IMG/VR virus record: IMGVR_UViG_3300032307_000117
Coordinates: 11,892-75,891 of that record
DNA: 64,000 bases
Reading direction: 5' to 3' (one strand)
From: a virus
Positions 39,391 through 48,566 of this stretch are shown here, one piece after another. The notes below the pieces were generated by a model that was not told the origin of the DNA, did not search any database, and saw only the letters and a list, made by a program, of their open reading frames with translations. Positions within the stretch are counted from its first letter, which is position 1, and every line of letters begins with the position of its first letter. Made by a program: the position numbers and the translations under genes.

Positions 39391-39720
39391 TTAAAATAGT
39401 CTATTTTGAACTATAGCCTGTATCTCAGCTTCTGAAAATCCGAGCGTAGCTAATTTCTCTCTTGCAGTTCTAGGAGCATTCATAATTTCTAGCTCTGCCT
39501 CAGTTAAATCTCTTACAATCCAAGTGTGGAACCATTCCCCATTAATCTCTTCTGGCTCCCCAGCTTCAAAGGTCTGTCCAGGCTCTAGTTCTGGAGGATT
39601 AGTTTCATTTACGAATATCCATCCAGCTGGTAGCGGATCTCCGACATTCCATTCTGGATTAAGGATCTGGATATCTCCAGGGTATCTAGGGTATTCATTG
39701 TTTGGTGATATGTATGGCAT
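39391..39720 (-). CDS. Putative fibre assembly chaperone
   Basis: YPRYPGD...W.HTWIVRDLT...KLATLGFSEAEI. Confidence 0.55.
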   Translation of the reverse strand: MPYISPNNEYPRYPGDIQILNPEWNVGDPLPAGWIFVNETNPPELEPGQTFEAGEPEEINGEWFHTWIVRDLTEAELEIMNAPRTAREKLATLGFSEAEIQAIVQNRLF

Positions 39721-39774
39721 ATAACTCTCCTTGTTAAGACTATTTTATCATACTATAAGTTGTATTATTCAAGT

Positions 39775-39812
39775 AAAATAGCGGAGCAGATTTTAGGTCT
39801 GCCCCGCTATTA
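39775..39812 (-). terminator. Intrinsic terminator
   Basis: AATAGCGGAGCAGA...TCTGCCCCGCTATT stem. Confidence 0.75.
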
Positions 39813-39824
39813 TCGCAATATTGA

Positions 39825-41426
39825 TTATACTAGTAGCGTTCCTACAGTTGTAATCGTGGCTGCTCCTGTCACGGTAACCCAGACATAAACGTCTGTTCCA
39901 GAAACAATAGCTGAAACTTCTGACAAAGAACCGTTAGTTCCCACAACTCCGTACTCGGTAACTGCAACGTTGTCTGAAGAGTCCAGAGTAAGTAATAGCT
40001 TTGAAATTTCTGTGTGAGATCCAGACTGAACCTTTACCAAGAATTCTGCAGATCGGTATTCTGACTTTAGGAATGTTGCAGCTGCAAGAGATCCAGCCTC
40101 AACTGCTTGGGTTGTAAATGCTACCTGCTTAGCAATCGAATTAATATCTACGGCTAGGTAGGTTGGGGTAGCTGTAGCATCACCAGCAGCAACCAAAGCA
40201 TCTGAATATCCATTGGCAGCAAGCAGTGTAGCTGCATCCTGCTGATCAATGTATTCAACTGTTGTACCAGTACTTGGATCTAGGAACCCATCGATGTAGT
40301 TCGTAAGATCGCTTACGGCTGTGTCTGTGTATTCCTTAGTTACAGCGTGGTCATTAGCTGTTGGTGTTGCAAGACCAGTAATATTGTTGCTACCCATGGC
40401 TAGGTTTCCAGTCATGGAGTCTCCAGCCTTGCTAACCTTAGTTCCGATGTCAGTTGCTATTGTGGCTGCAAAGTTTTCGTCATCGTTAATAGCTGCGGCT
40501 AGCTCATTAAGGGTATCCAACAAAGCTGGGGCACCGTCAACAAGATTTGCAACTGCAGAATCTACATAAACTTTTGTAGCAGCATCGTTGTCACTGTTTG
40601 GAGCACCTAGATTATTGATGTTCTTAAAGTTAGCATCTAGAGCACTGTCAAGTAAGGTTCCAGACCCAAGAGTCTTGTTTGTAAGAGTCTGGCTGTCTGA
40701 GTCACCTACAATGTTTCCATTTACTCCGTGGGCAGATGTTGCCTCAGTGTGATTAAGAAGAGAGCCTCCAATTGCACCAGTTGCAAAATCTACATAAGGC
40801 TTTGTTGCAGCAATTTCATAACCTATTCTAACTTCGTAGCCAGCTGCTGGGAAAAGGCTAATGTCGTTAGATGTTGAGCTAATTGCAACCCCATTAACAT
40901 CGTTAGAAAATGCAATGCTAAGGTTAGTTCCAGCATCATCAACAGTCAGCCCAGTTGCTGAAATATCTCCAGCTGCAAAGTCTCCATTTGCATCACGCTG
41001 TACAATCTTGTTTGCAGTGTTAGTTGAGGTGGCAGCTGTCTCTACTGCGTCTACTGCTCTCTGGTCTGTAAAGTACTTGTTAGTTGTGCCTTCATCTAGA
41101 TCGTCTGTAGTTGAATCTTCTACACCGTTTTCAGCGGTAATGACTAGACCTTCTTCAGTTCCAGTAATTGATATATTTGTCTGTGTAGACTGTACCAAAA
41201 GCTGTGTAGCTGCTGCTTTAGCTTCTTCGTCTGTATAACCTGGAGCTGCCTCAAAGGTTACTTTTTTCTCTACTGCATCGTATCCTACAGTAATGTTTAA
41301 GTTACCGTCGCCATTTCCAGCGAGAAGGGCATCCTCTGTAATAATGTCTGATCCGTTGATGGTACCATTCTGTCCCTCAACGACTAAACCATGTTTGACC
41401 TTAAAGTCTTTGGTTACTGTTGCCAT
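39825..41426 (-). CDS. Tail/neck fibre protein
   Basis: [10 protein letters not shown]-terminus, DAATKVYVD repeats, APALLDTLNELAAAI. Confidence 0.8.
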   Translation of the reverse strand: MATVTKDFKVKHGLVVEGQNGTINGSDIITEDALLAGNGDGNLNITVGYDAVEKKVTFEAAPGYTDEEAKAAATQLLVQSTQTNISITGTEEGLVITAENGVEDSTTDDLDEGTTNKYFTDQRAVDAVETAATSTNTANKIVQRDANGDFAAGDISATGLTVDDAGTNLSIAFSNDVNGVAISSTSNDISLFPAAGYEVRIGYEIAATKPYVDFATGAIGGSLLNHTEATSAHGVNGNIVGDSDSQTLTNKTLGSGTLLDSALDANFKNINNLGAPNSDNDAATKVYVDSAVANLVDGAPALLDTLNELAAAINDDENFAATIATDIGTKVSKAGDSMTGNLAMGSNNITGLATPTANDHAVTKEYTDTAVSDLTNYIDGFLDPSTGTTVEYIDQQDAATLLAANGYSDALVAAGDATATPTYLAVDINSIAKQVAFTTQAVEAGSLAAATFLKSEYRSAEFLVKVQSGSHTEISKLLLTLDSSDNVAVTEYGVVGTNGSLSEVSAIVSGTDVYVWVTVTGAATITTVGTLLV

Positions 41427-41442
41427 TTCTTATCTCCTTATT

Positions 41443-41892
41443 TTATGCCTTTAATCCTATGCGAGCAAAACGCACAGTGATTGGCCTAACTGCAGGATTG
41501 GGGGTAACGACAAGATTAATATCGCCAGCCTCAGTCCTTGAGACGCTAATGGTTCCAACATCCCCATCATTGTCTAAAACTCCATATTCTGAGACGTTAA
41601 CATTTGTACCGTCGCTTAGTATGGATAATTCTGTAGCAAAAAATTTGTTATCATCATTTGAGGTTTTTGATATAGAAACTAGATACTTAACCATTCTCCA
41701 GTCAGATGCCCTGAATGAATCAACTACCGTTTCGTTTTCTATGCCAAAAATCTCATTTTCGTTATTACCATTAGTGCCTAGATCAGTTGCCTGAGCTGCA
41801 AGGGTATCAATTAGATTCTTGTAATCATCAGACGTCGGCCTATCGCCTCTCTCAAAACGTGTTTTGAGCGTGGTAATATCAATTTTAGCCAT
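41443..41892 (-). CDS. Fibre-associated protein, paralogous to the C-terminus of 39825..41426
   Basis: Shared (S/T)EYGV domain; FERGDRPT N-terminus. Confidence 0.7.
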   Translation of the reverse strand: MAKIDITTLKTRFERGDRPTSDDYKNLIDTLAAQATDLGTNGNNENEIFGIENETVVDSFRASDWRMVKYLVSISKTSNDDNKFFATELSILSDGTNVNVSEYGVLDNDGDVGTISVSRTEAGDINLVVTPNPAVRPITVRFARIGLKA

Positions 41893-41917
41893 AACGATAT
41901 TATATCATTATTTTATT

Positions 41918-42265
41918 TTATATAGACTGCTGATCCCAAGATATGGTTTCTTCGTTCCATAAATACATACCGCCGTCATTTGGATACGGTGTTGGGGATT
42001 CCCACAAAGCGGTTTCTTCATTTAGTGTCCACGACTCAAAAGGTTTTGGCGATATAAAAGCATCTAAAGCTTCATCATAGGTGTAGCCAACCCCAGCATA
42101 GTTTTTACGATAGTTACCGTTGTACGAAGTTCTTTTACAGGTCTGCCCCCGAAATTCTCCATACCATACTTCAGGGTGCTTACCCTCAATTAGCTCTGTT
42201 TCATCAATTCCGACGATAACCTCTGTTACGATATTGTCGTTGTCTAGAAATGCATAGTGTGCCAT
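41918..42265 (-). CDS. Fibre chaperone-like protein (MAHYA family)
   Basis: TSYNGNYRKNYAG.GY.YD...DAFI.PKPFESW; paralog of 43775..44128. Confidence 0.7.
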   Translation of the reverse strand: MAHYAFLDNDNIVTEVIVGIDETELIEGKHPEVWYGEFRGQTCKRTSYNGNYRKNYAGVGYTYDEALDAFISPKPFESWTLNEETALWESPTPYPNDGGMYLWNEETISWDQQSI

Positions 42266-42275
42266 TTTTATCTCC

Positions 42276-43238
42276 TTATGTCCAACTAATATTTCCAGCT
42301 CCTGCTGTTATTATTGTAGTTACAAGCCCTCCACTTGCCGCAGATGATGATCCAGTTAGTCCTGCCCCAATGGTCAGAGAATATGATTCTGGATATCGTA
42401 AAACAACAACTCCTGAACCACCGTTTCCACCACCCTGTTCATATAGATATCCAGCCCCACCTCCACCAGTATTGGCTACTCCATTTGCATTTCCTAGTCC
42501 ACGCCTTGCTGTTTGGTTAGGAACCTTTAGTCCAGAAGTTCCTCCACCACCAATACCACCAACTCCAGTAGTAAGTGGAGAAGTTGCAGATAGGTTTCCT
42601 CCACCGCCACCTCCAGCATAATAACTGTTAGTAAACCCCAAAAGTCCTGCACCACCAACACCAGAAGTATTTATAATGTTTGGTTGTGTTCCAGCAGACC
42701 CAGCTCCTCCACCACCACCGTTTGCATAGTCATAAACGTAAAAATTACCGCTTCCACTAGAGTGCCCTCCTACAAACCCCTGATTAGCAGTTCCAGTACC
42801 AGCCCTGTTTGCACTATCTGAAGCTCCACCACCAGATCCACCATCATTTACTGAGCCTGCTGTTTGTCCTTGTGCTACACCTCTTCCACCACCTAAAGAA
42901 GTAATAGAGCCAAAAACTGAATCTATACCTTTAGTGCCTTGATCAGCTCCAGACTGATTTCCAATAGCTCCACCAGCACCAATTGTTACTGAATAATTTA
43001 CATTAGTTTGAGCAATTAGAGCACCTTCTGGATTAGATCCACCACCTGAGGTAAAACCAATGGCATTTGTCCTGTAGCCACCGCCACCACCACCGCCTGA
43101 GTGATATCCACCACCGCCACCACCACCCGCAACAACAATATATTCAACTGTTAGTAATGGTGGTGGTAACTGAGCTTTTGCATTACGAAAAACATAAAAA
43201 TTATTTATTCCAGAATATCTTAGGCTTCTTGCTGACAT
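42276..43238 (-). CDS. Glycine-rich adhesin/fibre tip
   Basis: VVAGGGGGG...GGSGVVVLRY glycine-rich domain. Confidence 0.8.
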   Translation of the reverse strand: MSARSLRYSGINNFYVFRNAKAQLPPPLLTVEYIVVAGGGGGGGYHSGGGGGGGYRTNAIGFTSGGGSNPEGALIAQTNVNYSVTIGAGGAIGNQSGADQGTKGIDSVFGSITSLGGGRGVAQGQTAGSVNDGGSGGGASDSANRAGTGTANQGFVGGHSSGSGNFYVYDYANGGGGGAGSAGTQPNIINTSGVGGAGLLGFTNSYYAGGGGGGNLSATSPLTTGVGGIGGGGTSGLKVPNQTARRGLGNANGVANTGGGGAGYLYEQGGGNGGSGVVVLRYPESYSLTIGAGLTGSSSAASGGLVTTIITAGAGNISWT

Positions 43239-43246
43239 ATATTGTC

Positions 43247-43579
43247 CTAAGCTGTTATCTCGGAGCCAAACACACTAAATGTTAAAAGATCACTTGATGC
43301 TCTAACAGTAATGACATCTGCTGCATCAAGGGTAATTCCAAGAGTAAGGGTTGTTGAGTCAGACGCTGATACTGGGACATCGTAGGCAATGTAATGCTGA
43401 TTTGCTAAAGTAGCCCCATTTGGTCTAATTGCAATTCTATATGTTGCGTCCTGAGTATGTCTGTTTGCAATTATAATTGAAGAAATAATTGCTTGAGTGT
43501 TTGCTGGTACAGTGTATAAATTTACGTCTACTTCAGCATCTTGGGCAGACTGCCCTAAAACTTTATAAGTTGTCGCCAT
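43247..43579 (-). CDS. Fibre adaptor protein
   Basis: MATTYKVLGQ..LYTVPA...FGSEIT. Confidence 0.7.
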   Translation of the reverse strand: MATTYKVLGQSAQDAEVDVNLYTVPANTQAIISSIIIANRHTQDATYRIAIRPNGATLANQHYIAYDVPVSASDSTTLTLGITLDAADVITVRASSDLLTFSVFGSEITA

Positions 43580-43580
43580 T

Positions 43581-43751
43581 TTAGGCTCCCATCAATAAAA
43601 ATATGTTTGGATCTACGCCACTTTGTGCAGATGACTGACCTACAGATACCGCCTTCCAAACGCCAACGGTATCGTTCCAAACCCAAGTTTTACCAGATGC
43701 AGAGAACTCTTGTCCATCTGTAGGAGTGTCTGGAAAGTCAATAGCGGGCAT
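43581..43751 (-). CDS. Minimal fibre anchor protein (56 aa)
   Basis: Translated by hand: MPAIDFPDTPTDGQEFSASGKTWVWNDTVGVW...FLLMGA; leaderless after TGGTATAAT. Confidence 0.8.
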   Translation of the reverse strand: MPAIDFPDTPTDGQEFSASGKTWVWNDTVGVWKAVSVGQSSAQSGVDPNIFLLMGA

Positions 43752-43774
43752 ACGCTAATTATACCATAATAGTT

Positions 43775-44128
43775 TTAAGACTCTGACGACACTTCTACAG
43801 GAATCCAAGAAAGTTCGTCTTCGTTCCATAGATACATACCGTCATCATTTGGATAAGGTGTTGGTGGCTCCCACAATGCACTACTTTCATCAAGTATCCA
43901 TGACTCGAATGGTTTTGGAGGTATAAAAGCATCCAATTCTTCGTTATACGAATATCCAATTGCTGCGAAGTTTTTTCTAATATTGCCATTGTAGCTGGTT
44001 TTTATCCAGGTTCCCCCAAGATTATCGATTAGCCATTGATACCCTTCGTCACCGTTAGGATCTTCATTATCTCCAACAAGCACACGAAGAACAATGTTGT
44101 CTTTATCTAGTTCTGCCCAGTGTGACAT
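43775..44128 (-). CDS. Fibre chaperone-like protein (MSHWA family)
   Basis: Paralog of 41918..42265. Confidence 0.7.
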   Translation of the reverse strand: MSHWAELDKDNIVLRVLVGDNEDPNGDEGYQWLIDNLGGTWIKTSYNGNIRKNFAAIGYSYNEELDAFIPPKPFESWILDESSALWEPPTPYPNDDGMYLWNEDELSWIPVEVSSES

Positions 44129-44192
44129 AATTTCTCCTTATAAAATTTATTTATATTATAGCATTGGGTGATGTAAAAGAATTCTGTAACTT

Positions 44193-45206
44193 TTAGTTAG
44201 ATGCTGCTGTTCTAAGGTATCTAATAATTACAATTCCAGCCCCTCCAGCACCCGAAACTCCACGATAACTAGCATAGCCAGACTGTTCCGCACTTCCACC
44301 ACCAGAGCCCGTGTTAATTCCACCATCTCCAGCTCTTGTGATAGCACCATTATTAAATACAATGCTACCATTTCCACCAGAATTCCTAGCAGATCCACCG
44401 CCGACTCCAGCCTGGGTGCCACCATTGTAATCTGCCCTGCTGCCGCCTCCACCGCCACCTATTCCACCATTTCCACCTCTTCCAGAGTTCCAGGAAGATC
44501 CGCCACCGCCAGCTGCATAAAAAAGTCCATCAACCCATTGTTTTCCAGGTCCACCGTCTCCACCATTTGTTGATCCTGTTTGACCAGCACCACCTGCACC
44601 TCCACCGCCACCAGAAACAACGTTTGTATTCCAGCCACCGCCAGAAAAACCAAAAGCAGTTCCTTGTACTCCTGCTACCTGATTACTTGCTCCTGGAGAT
44701 CCTCCATATGGAGCTCCACCACCCGAACCACCAGCAAGTCCATTTTGAATAACTGGTCCACCATCGCCATAAACTCCACCGCCACCGCCACCGACGGCCA
44801 CTTCTTGCAAAAATGAAGAATTTGTTCCATTATTTCCAAGAACTCCATTGCCCTCTACCGAGGCTCCTCCTGCACCGATAAGGACTGGATAAGATCCAGG
44901 TGTGATTGATAGGCTTCCAGAAATAAATCCGCCAGCCCCGCCGCCTCCACCGTGACGTCCGCCTCCAGATCCGCCACCAGCAACTACTAAGAAATCAGCC
45001 TGAACGGGGCCATTAAATACTTCCAGGGTTCCATTACCTGTAAAGGTGCGATAGTGATAAACGGAATCAGAAGTTAAAATGCCACCAGTAACAGTAGGCA
45101 GTAGCCAAGCATTATCCCTTACTAATTGATAATGCTCAGGAAGTCCGAAAAATCCTTTGATGCTGCCATTAGCCGTAGGCCCTAGCCTGCCACCATTCTT
45201 TGGCAT
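44193..45206 (-). CDS. Glycine-rich adhesin/fibre tip
   Basis: LVVAGGGSGG...GGAGIVIIRY. Confidence 0.8.
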   Translation of the reverse strand: MPKNGGRLGPTANGSIKGFFGLPEHYQLVRDNAWLLPTVTGGILTSDSVYHYRTFTGNGTLEVFNGPVQADFLVVAGGGSGGGRHGGGGGAGGFISGSLSITPGSYPVLIGAGGASVEGNGVLGNNGTNSSFLQEVAVGGGGGGVYGDGGPVIQNGLAGGSGGGAPYGGSPGASNQVAGVQGTAFGFSGGGWNTNVVSGGGGGAGGAGQTGSTNGGDGGPGKQWVDGLFYAAGGGGSSWNSGRGGNGGIGGGGGGSRADYNGGTQAGVGGGSARNSGGNGSIVFNNGAITRAGDGGINTGSGGGSAEQSGYASYRGVSGAGGAGIVIIRYLRTAASN

Positions 45207-45568
45207 TACGCAATTTCCTCATAAGAACAGATCGCTGTTAGGTCTCCTGCAGCACTGGCCTGTAGCCAAATACTGTCATTTTCTTCTAGGTAAATCGAAG
45301 TAGCTTTGTCAATAAGTGTTAGAGTCGAATCAGCTGGTACAGAGATAGTTGAAGCTATAAAAAAGTTTGCGCTGTTATTCTTTCTAACATATGCGGTAAC
45401 GTCTGCAGCTGCTGAACCATCAACATTTGCAATTATTAATGAGTTAATCTTAAAAATCTTGTTGCTGTTTGAAGAGTTGGTTACAATTGCTGCAGCGGAT
45501 GTACCTATAGCCTGTCCAGCAATTTTTCCTAGAATGCTTGTTACACTTACAATGTTTGGGTTTGCCAT
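45206..45568 (-). CDS. Fibre adaptor protein
   Basis: MANPNIVSV...VPADSTL...SYEEIA. Confidence 0.7.
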   Translation of the reverse strand: MANPNIVSVTSILGKIAGQAIGTSAAAIVTNSSNSNKIFKINSLIIANVDGSAAADVTAYVRKNNSANFFIASTISVPADSTLTLIDKATSIYLEENDSIWLQASAAGDLTAICSYEEIA

Positions 45569-45571
45569 TTG

Positions 45572-45913
45572 TTATCCTCCAAAAACTATTGACATTGCAA
45601 TAGCCTTTCCTGTTGATGCCTTTGTTTCTAGCTGAGACTCTAGCTCTGAAATACCGTCGCTTATGCTATTAGTTACTAGCTCAACCCAAAAACTATCGTA
45701 ATAAATATATGTCGATCCGTCTACGGAGTTAAACCAAAGATCTCCCTCTTCGGCGTCTTCTGGCGCTGTTTCAGAAACAGTGATGCTACCAGATCCTCCA
45801 CCAGAGGTTACCCCCATTGACTCCCATCGAGATCCATCCCAAATCCACACCCTACCATTTTCAGTAGTAAAGGTGTCATTCAGGCTTGGCGAATTGGGAA
45901 AGTCTAAAGGCAT
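45572..45913 (-). CDS. Fibre anchor protein
   Basis: DFPNSP...WIWDGSRW; VSETAP..GDLW domain; ends KAIAMSIVFGG. Confidence 0.75.
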   Translation of the reverse strand: MPLDFPNSPSLNDTFTTENGRVWIWDGSRWESMGVTSGGGSGSITVSETAPEDAEEGDLWFNSVDGSTYIYYDSFWVELVTNSISDGISELESQLETKASTGKAIAMSIVFGG

Positions 45914-45952
45914 AAGGCTATTTTATCACACTATTAAGCTAGTTTTAATAAG

Positions 45953-46804
45953 CTATGATACTTTTAAGATAGTAGAAACTATGGCTCTTCCAGCCTCTGT
46001 ATCTGGAGTAATAATTGCCATGCTACTTCCAGCTCTATAGACCCTTAAGTAATAGCCAGTCGATATATCTGTAACGTTAGCCATAAAAGAAAACATTGCT
46101 GGCCCTGGATCATTTACAACGTTTCCAGTTCCAAAGCTTCTAGCAATTATCGTTCCTGCTGCCGTTGCAAGATTTACACCAGTCCAAACATCTCCACCAG
46201 ATCCAAATCTCCATCCAACATTTATTAGATATACTCCAGGCTGAGAGAATGTTATTAGGCCGTTAGACGTATTCAGGGTTATATTGCTAGCTATAACTGA
46301 TTCATTTAAAACAATATTTTGATGACCAGATCCGTAAGTTACTTCTTGAATTCTATTAAACTGGGCATAAGCTTTAGATAAATCAATTGTTGACCACTGG
46401 GTATCATAATCATTAGTTGATGCCTTGGTTAAAATTTGACCAGTGGTTCCGCCAACTGCTATTCCTGGGCCTGCTGGACCAGTTTCTCCTGCGACACCAT
46501 TTGCCCCATTTTGTCCGTTTGCTCCTGTAGGTCCTGCTGGACCTCTTGCACCAGCAGGGCCAACTCTGACCTCTCCAACCTCAACCCAGGAATTGTCGTA
46601 ATAAATAAAAAATTGGCCAGTATTTGAGTCAAACCAGCCCTGCCCCTCTTGGATATTTTCTGGTGGGGTAGTGGAAGCGATAAATTTTCCAGGGAATATG
46701 GTAGTTACTGCTGCATCCCAAGAGGTGCCATTCCAAGTCCAAGCATTTCCATTTACGGAAAACTGCTGCCCTACTGATGGCGTGTTTGGAAAATCAATAG
46801 GCAT
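45953..46804 (-). CDS. Fibre: DFPxxP anchor, collagen, C1q/BclA-like head
   Basis: Gly-X-Y repeats; ITFSQPGVYLIN jelly-roll C-terminus. Confidence 0.75.
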   Translation of the reverse strand: MPIDFPNTPSVGQQFSVNGNAWTWNGTSWDAAVTTIFPGKFIASTTPPENIQEGQGWFDSNTGQFFIYYDNSWVEVGEVRVGPAGARGPAGPTGANGQNGANGVAGETGPAGPGIAVGGTTGQILTKASTNDYDTQWSTIDLSKAYAQFNRIQEVTYGSGHQNIVLNESVIASNITLNTSNGLITFSQPGVYLINVGWRFGSGGDVWTGVNLATAAGTIIARSFGTGNVVNDPGPAMFSFMANVTDISTGYYLRVYRAGSSMAIITPDTEAGRAIVSTILKVS

Positions 46805-46851
46805 AATCTATATTATATCTTATATTATTGAGATTAGGCTGAGTTTAACTA

Positions 46852-47157
46852 TTAAGCTATTTCAACGCCACTGATGTGGAATGTTAGGCCTGTTCCAGAT
46901 GCCCCGCCAGTCACTGCGTCTCCAGCATCCAAGACCTGCTTAAGATCAATGTACGCTGTTGAATTTCCAGCCAAAGGTGCTGCGGTGTTAATGGCTATAC
47001 CATCTAGCGAAAGAGTAAAGGTTCTTTCTGAAGATGTTGCATTTGATACAACAATGTTTGTTACGATAGCCTGTTTACCTGTAGGCACGGTATACAAAGC
47101 GGTGGTAGTTGTAGTAGTAGCGGCACCTCTAAATAGCACCTTGCTTGTTACTGGCAT
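46852..47157 (-). CDS. Fibre adaptor protein
   Basis: KVLFRGAA..LYTVP...FHISGVEIA; same family as 43247 and 45206. Confidence 0.7.
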   Translation of the reverse strand: MPVTSKVLFRGAATTTTTTALYTVPTGKQAIVTNIVVSNATSSERTFTLSLDGIAINTAAPLAGNSTAYIDLKQVLDAGDAVTGGASGTGLTFHISGVEIA

Positions 47158-47184
47158 AATTCCTCCATAAATAAGTTTATCATA

Positions 47185-47445
47185 TTAAATTGCGCCCATG
47201 ATGGATAAAAGCTCTGAATCTTCTAGCCCAGCAACCTGGGACTTTTCGATTTCTATAAGGCTTTCGTTTATACCAATTATTGGACTATACTGAGTTCCAG
47301 TATTTGTAATTGGTGAAGTTGTCTGTGTCCCATTTATTGCAAATGAAACAGTATTCCAAACAGAACCATCCCAGCTCCAACTGCGACCATCGGTTGCAAC
47401 AAAGACCTGATTTAATGTGGGGGAATTTGGAAAGTTAATGCGCAT
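47185..47445 (-). CDS. Fibre anchor protein
   Basis: INFPNSP...WSWDGSVW; ends LSIMGAI. Confidence 0.75.
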   Translation of the reverse strand: MRINFPNSPTLNQVFVATDGRSWSWDGSVWNTVSFAINGTQTTSPITNTGTQYSPIIGINESLIEIEKSQVAGLEDSELLSIMGAI

Positions 47446-47482
47446 AGCTTAATTATATCACTAATTAAAATAATCACTGTAG

Positions 47483-47532
47483 ATATAGCAATACCCCAGA
47501 ATTTTTATCTTCTGGGGTAGCTATATTGTTTT
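47483..47532. terminator. Intrinsic terminator-like hairpin
   Basis: ATATAGC..TACCCCAGAA...TTCTGGGGTAGCTATAT. Confidence 0.7.
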
Positions 47533-47873
47533 TAGGATTCGTCTAGCAGAGTGTATGTTCCATCTGGTGCTGGCTCGTGGGGAACTGGCTCATCTGATGG
47601 TGGGACTACAATAGACGGATCATAGTCAAATGGCTCTGGTCTAGGAATTACTGGCTCATCTGGGTTGTTGCCCTGAATAAATTCAGATGTTGAATCTAGC
47701 AATGCCGTAATGTAGGCATCTGCCCAATTCTGAACTTCCTGTCTATTAGCCCAAGGCGTACCATCTGGCCAGTCTGGCTGGAATAGGAATGGGGCATTGC
47801 CTGGTAGCTCCAAGTCATTATCCCAAACCCTAAGGTGATTGTTTGCATCTATTTCATAGTAGTACTTGCTCAT
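47532..47873 (-). CDS. Putative fibre chaperone
   Basis: Start reassigned to 47873 (ATGA overlap); FQPDWPDGTPW motif. Confidence 0.6.
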   Translation of the reverse strand: MSKYYYEIDANNHLRVWDNDLELPGNAPFLFQPDWPDGTPWANRQEVQNWADAYITALLDSTSEFIQGNNPDEPVIPRPEPFDYDPSIVVPPSDEPVPHEPAPDGTYTLLDES

Positions 47874-48538
47874 GATCTTGGTCCTTCCCATGTTAGTTTC
47901 ATGACTTTGTTGTGTTCTAGTTTGATACTTGGGTCGAACCAGATTTCAAATCCAGCTTCCCCCGCTCTGTGGCAGAATGATAGGTCTTCTCCAGTGATAG
48001 AAAAGTCAAGTTTTCCACCATCCCAGTCTACCTCAACTTTTGGAGACTGGAACCATGGCCTGCTAAGTGATTCGAATACTCCAGACTTTACTGCCATAAA
48101 ACCCATTCCTGCACCCCAAACCTGTACTGGCTCTTTCATTTGTAGAACCTGATCGTAGGTGTATGGCTGCCCCATCTTTTCTTTGTGGGCAACAACTGTT
48201 CCATTTCCAAGAAGGTACGCTCCAGCAACAACGTCATACTCAGACTCATAGGCTTTGATAACGTCTTCTGGGGTAAACCTGATATCAGAATCTATCCATA
48301 AAATTTTGTCGTATGTAATTTGACCACTAAATGGTCTGCTGTCTTTTGGATTTGGAGTATTGCTACCATTTAAAGTTATTTCTCTGGCGTCAGCCACATG
48401 GCTAGAATATTCTGAGGTATATAGCCAAGAAATCTGCCTTCTGTTTAGCTCATCAATTGTCAACAATAGGCTTTTTAGATATGGTGCCATAACTGAATGA
48501 CCAGGGGTAGCTATAACTAAATTTACGTGATTTTCCAT
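47870..48538 (-). CDS. Glycosyltransferase-like protein (GT-A fold)
   Basis: ILWIDSD (DxD), GAGMGFMAVK..VFE, GEDLSFC, DPSIKLEH. Confidence 0.8.
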   Translation of the reverse strand: MENHVNLVIATPGHSVMAPYLKSLLLTIDELNRRQISWLYTSEYSSHVADAREITLNGSNTPNPKDSRPFSGQITYDKILWIDSDIRFTPEDVIKAYESEYDVVAGAYLLGNGTVVAHKEKMGQPYTYDQVLQMKEPVQVWGAGMGFMAVKSGVFESLSRPWFQSPKVEVDWDGGKLDFSITGEDLSFCHRAGEAGFEIWFDPSIKLEHNKVMKLTWEGPRS

Positions 48539-48566
48539 TTAACTTCTCTCTAGTATTTTGCTTATA

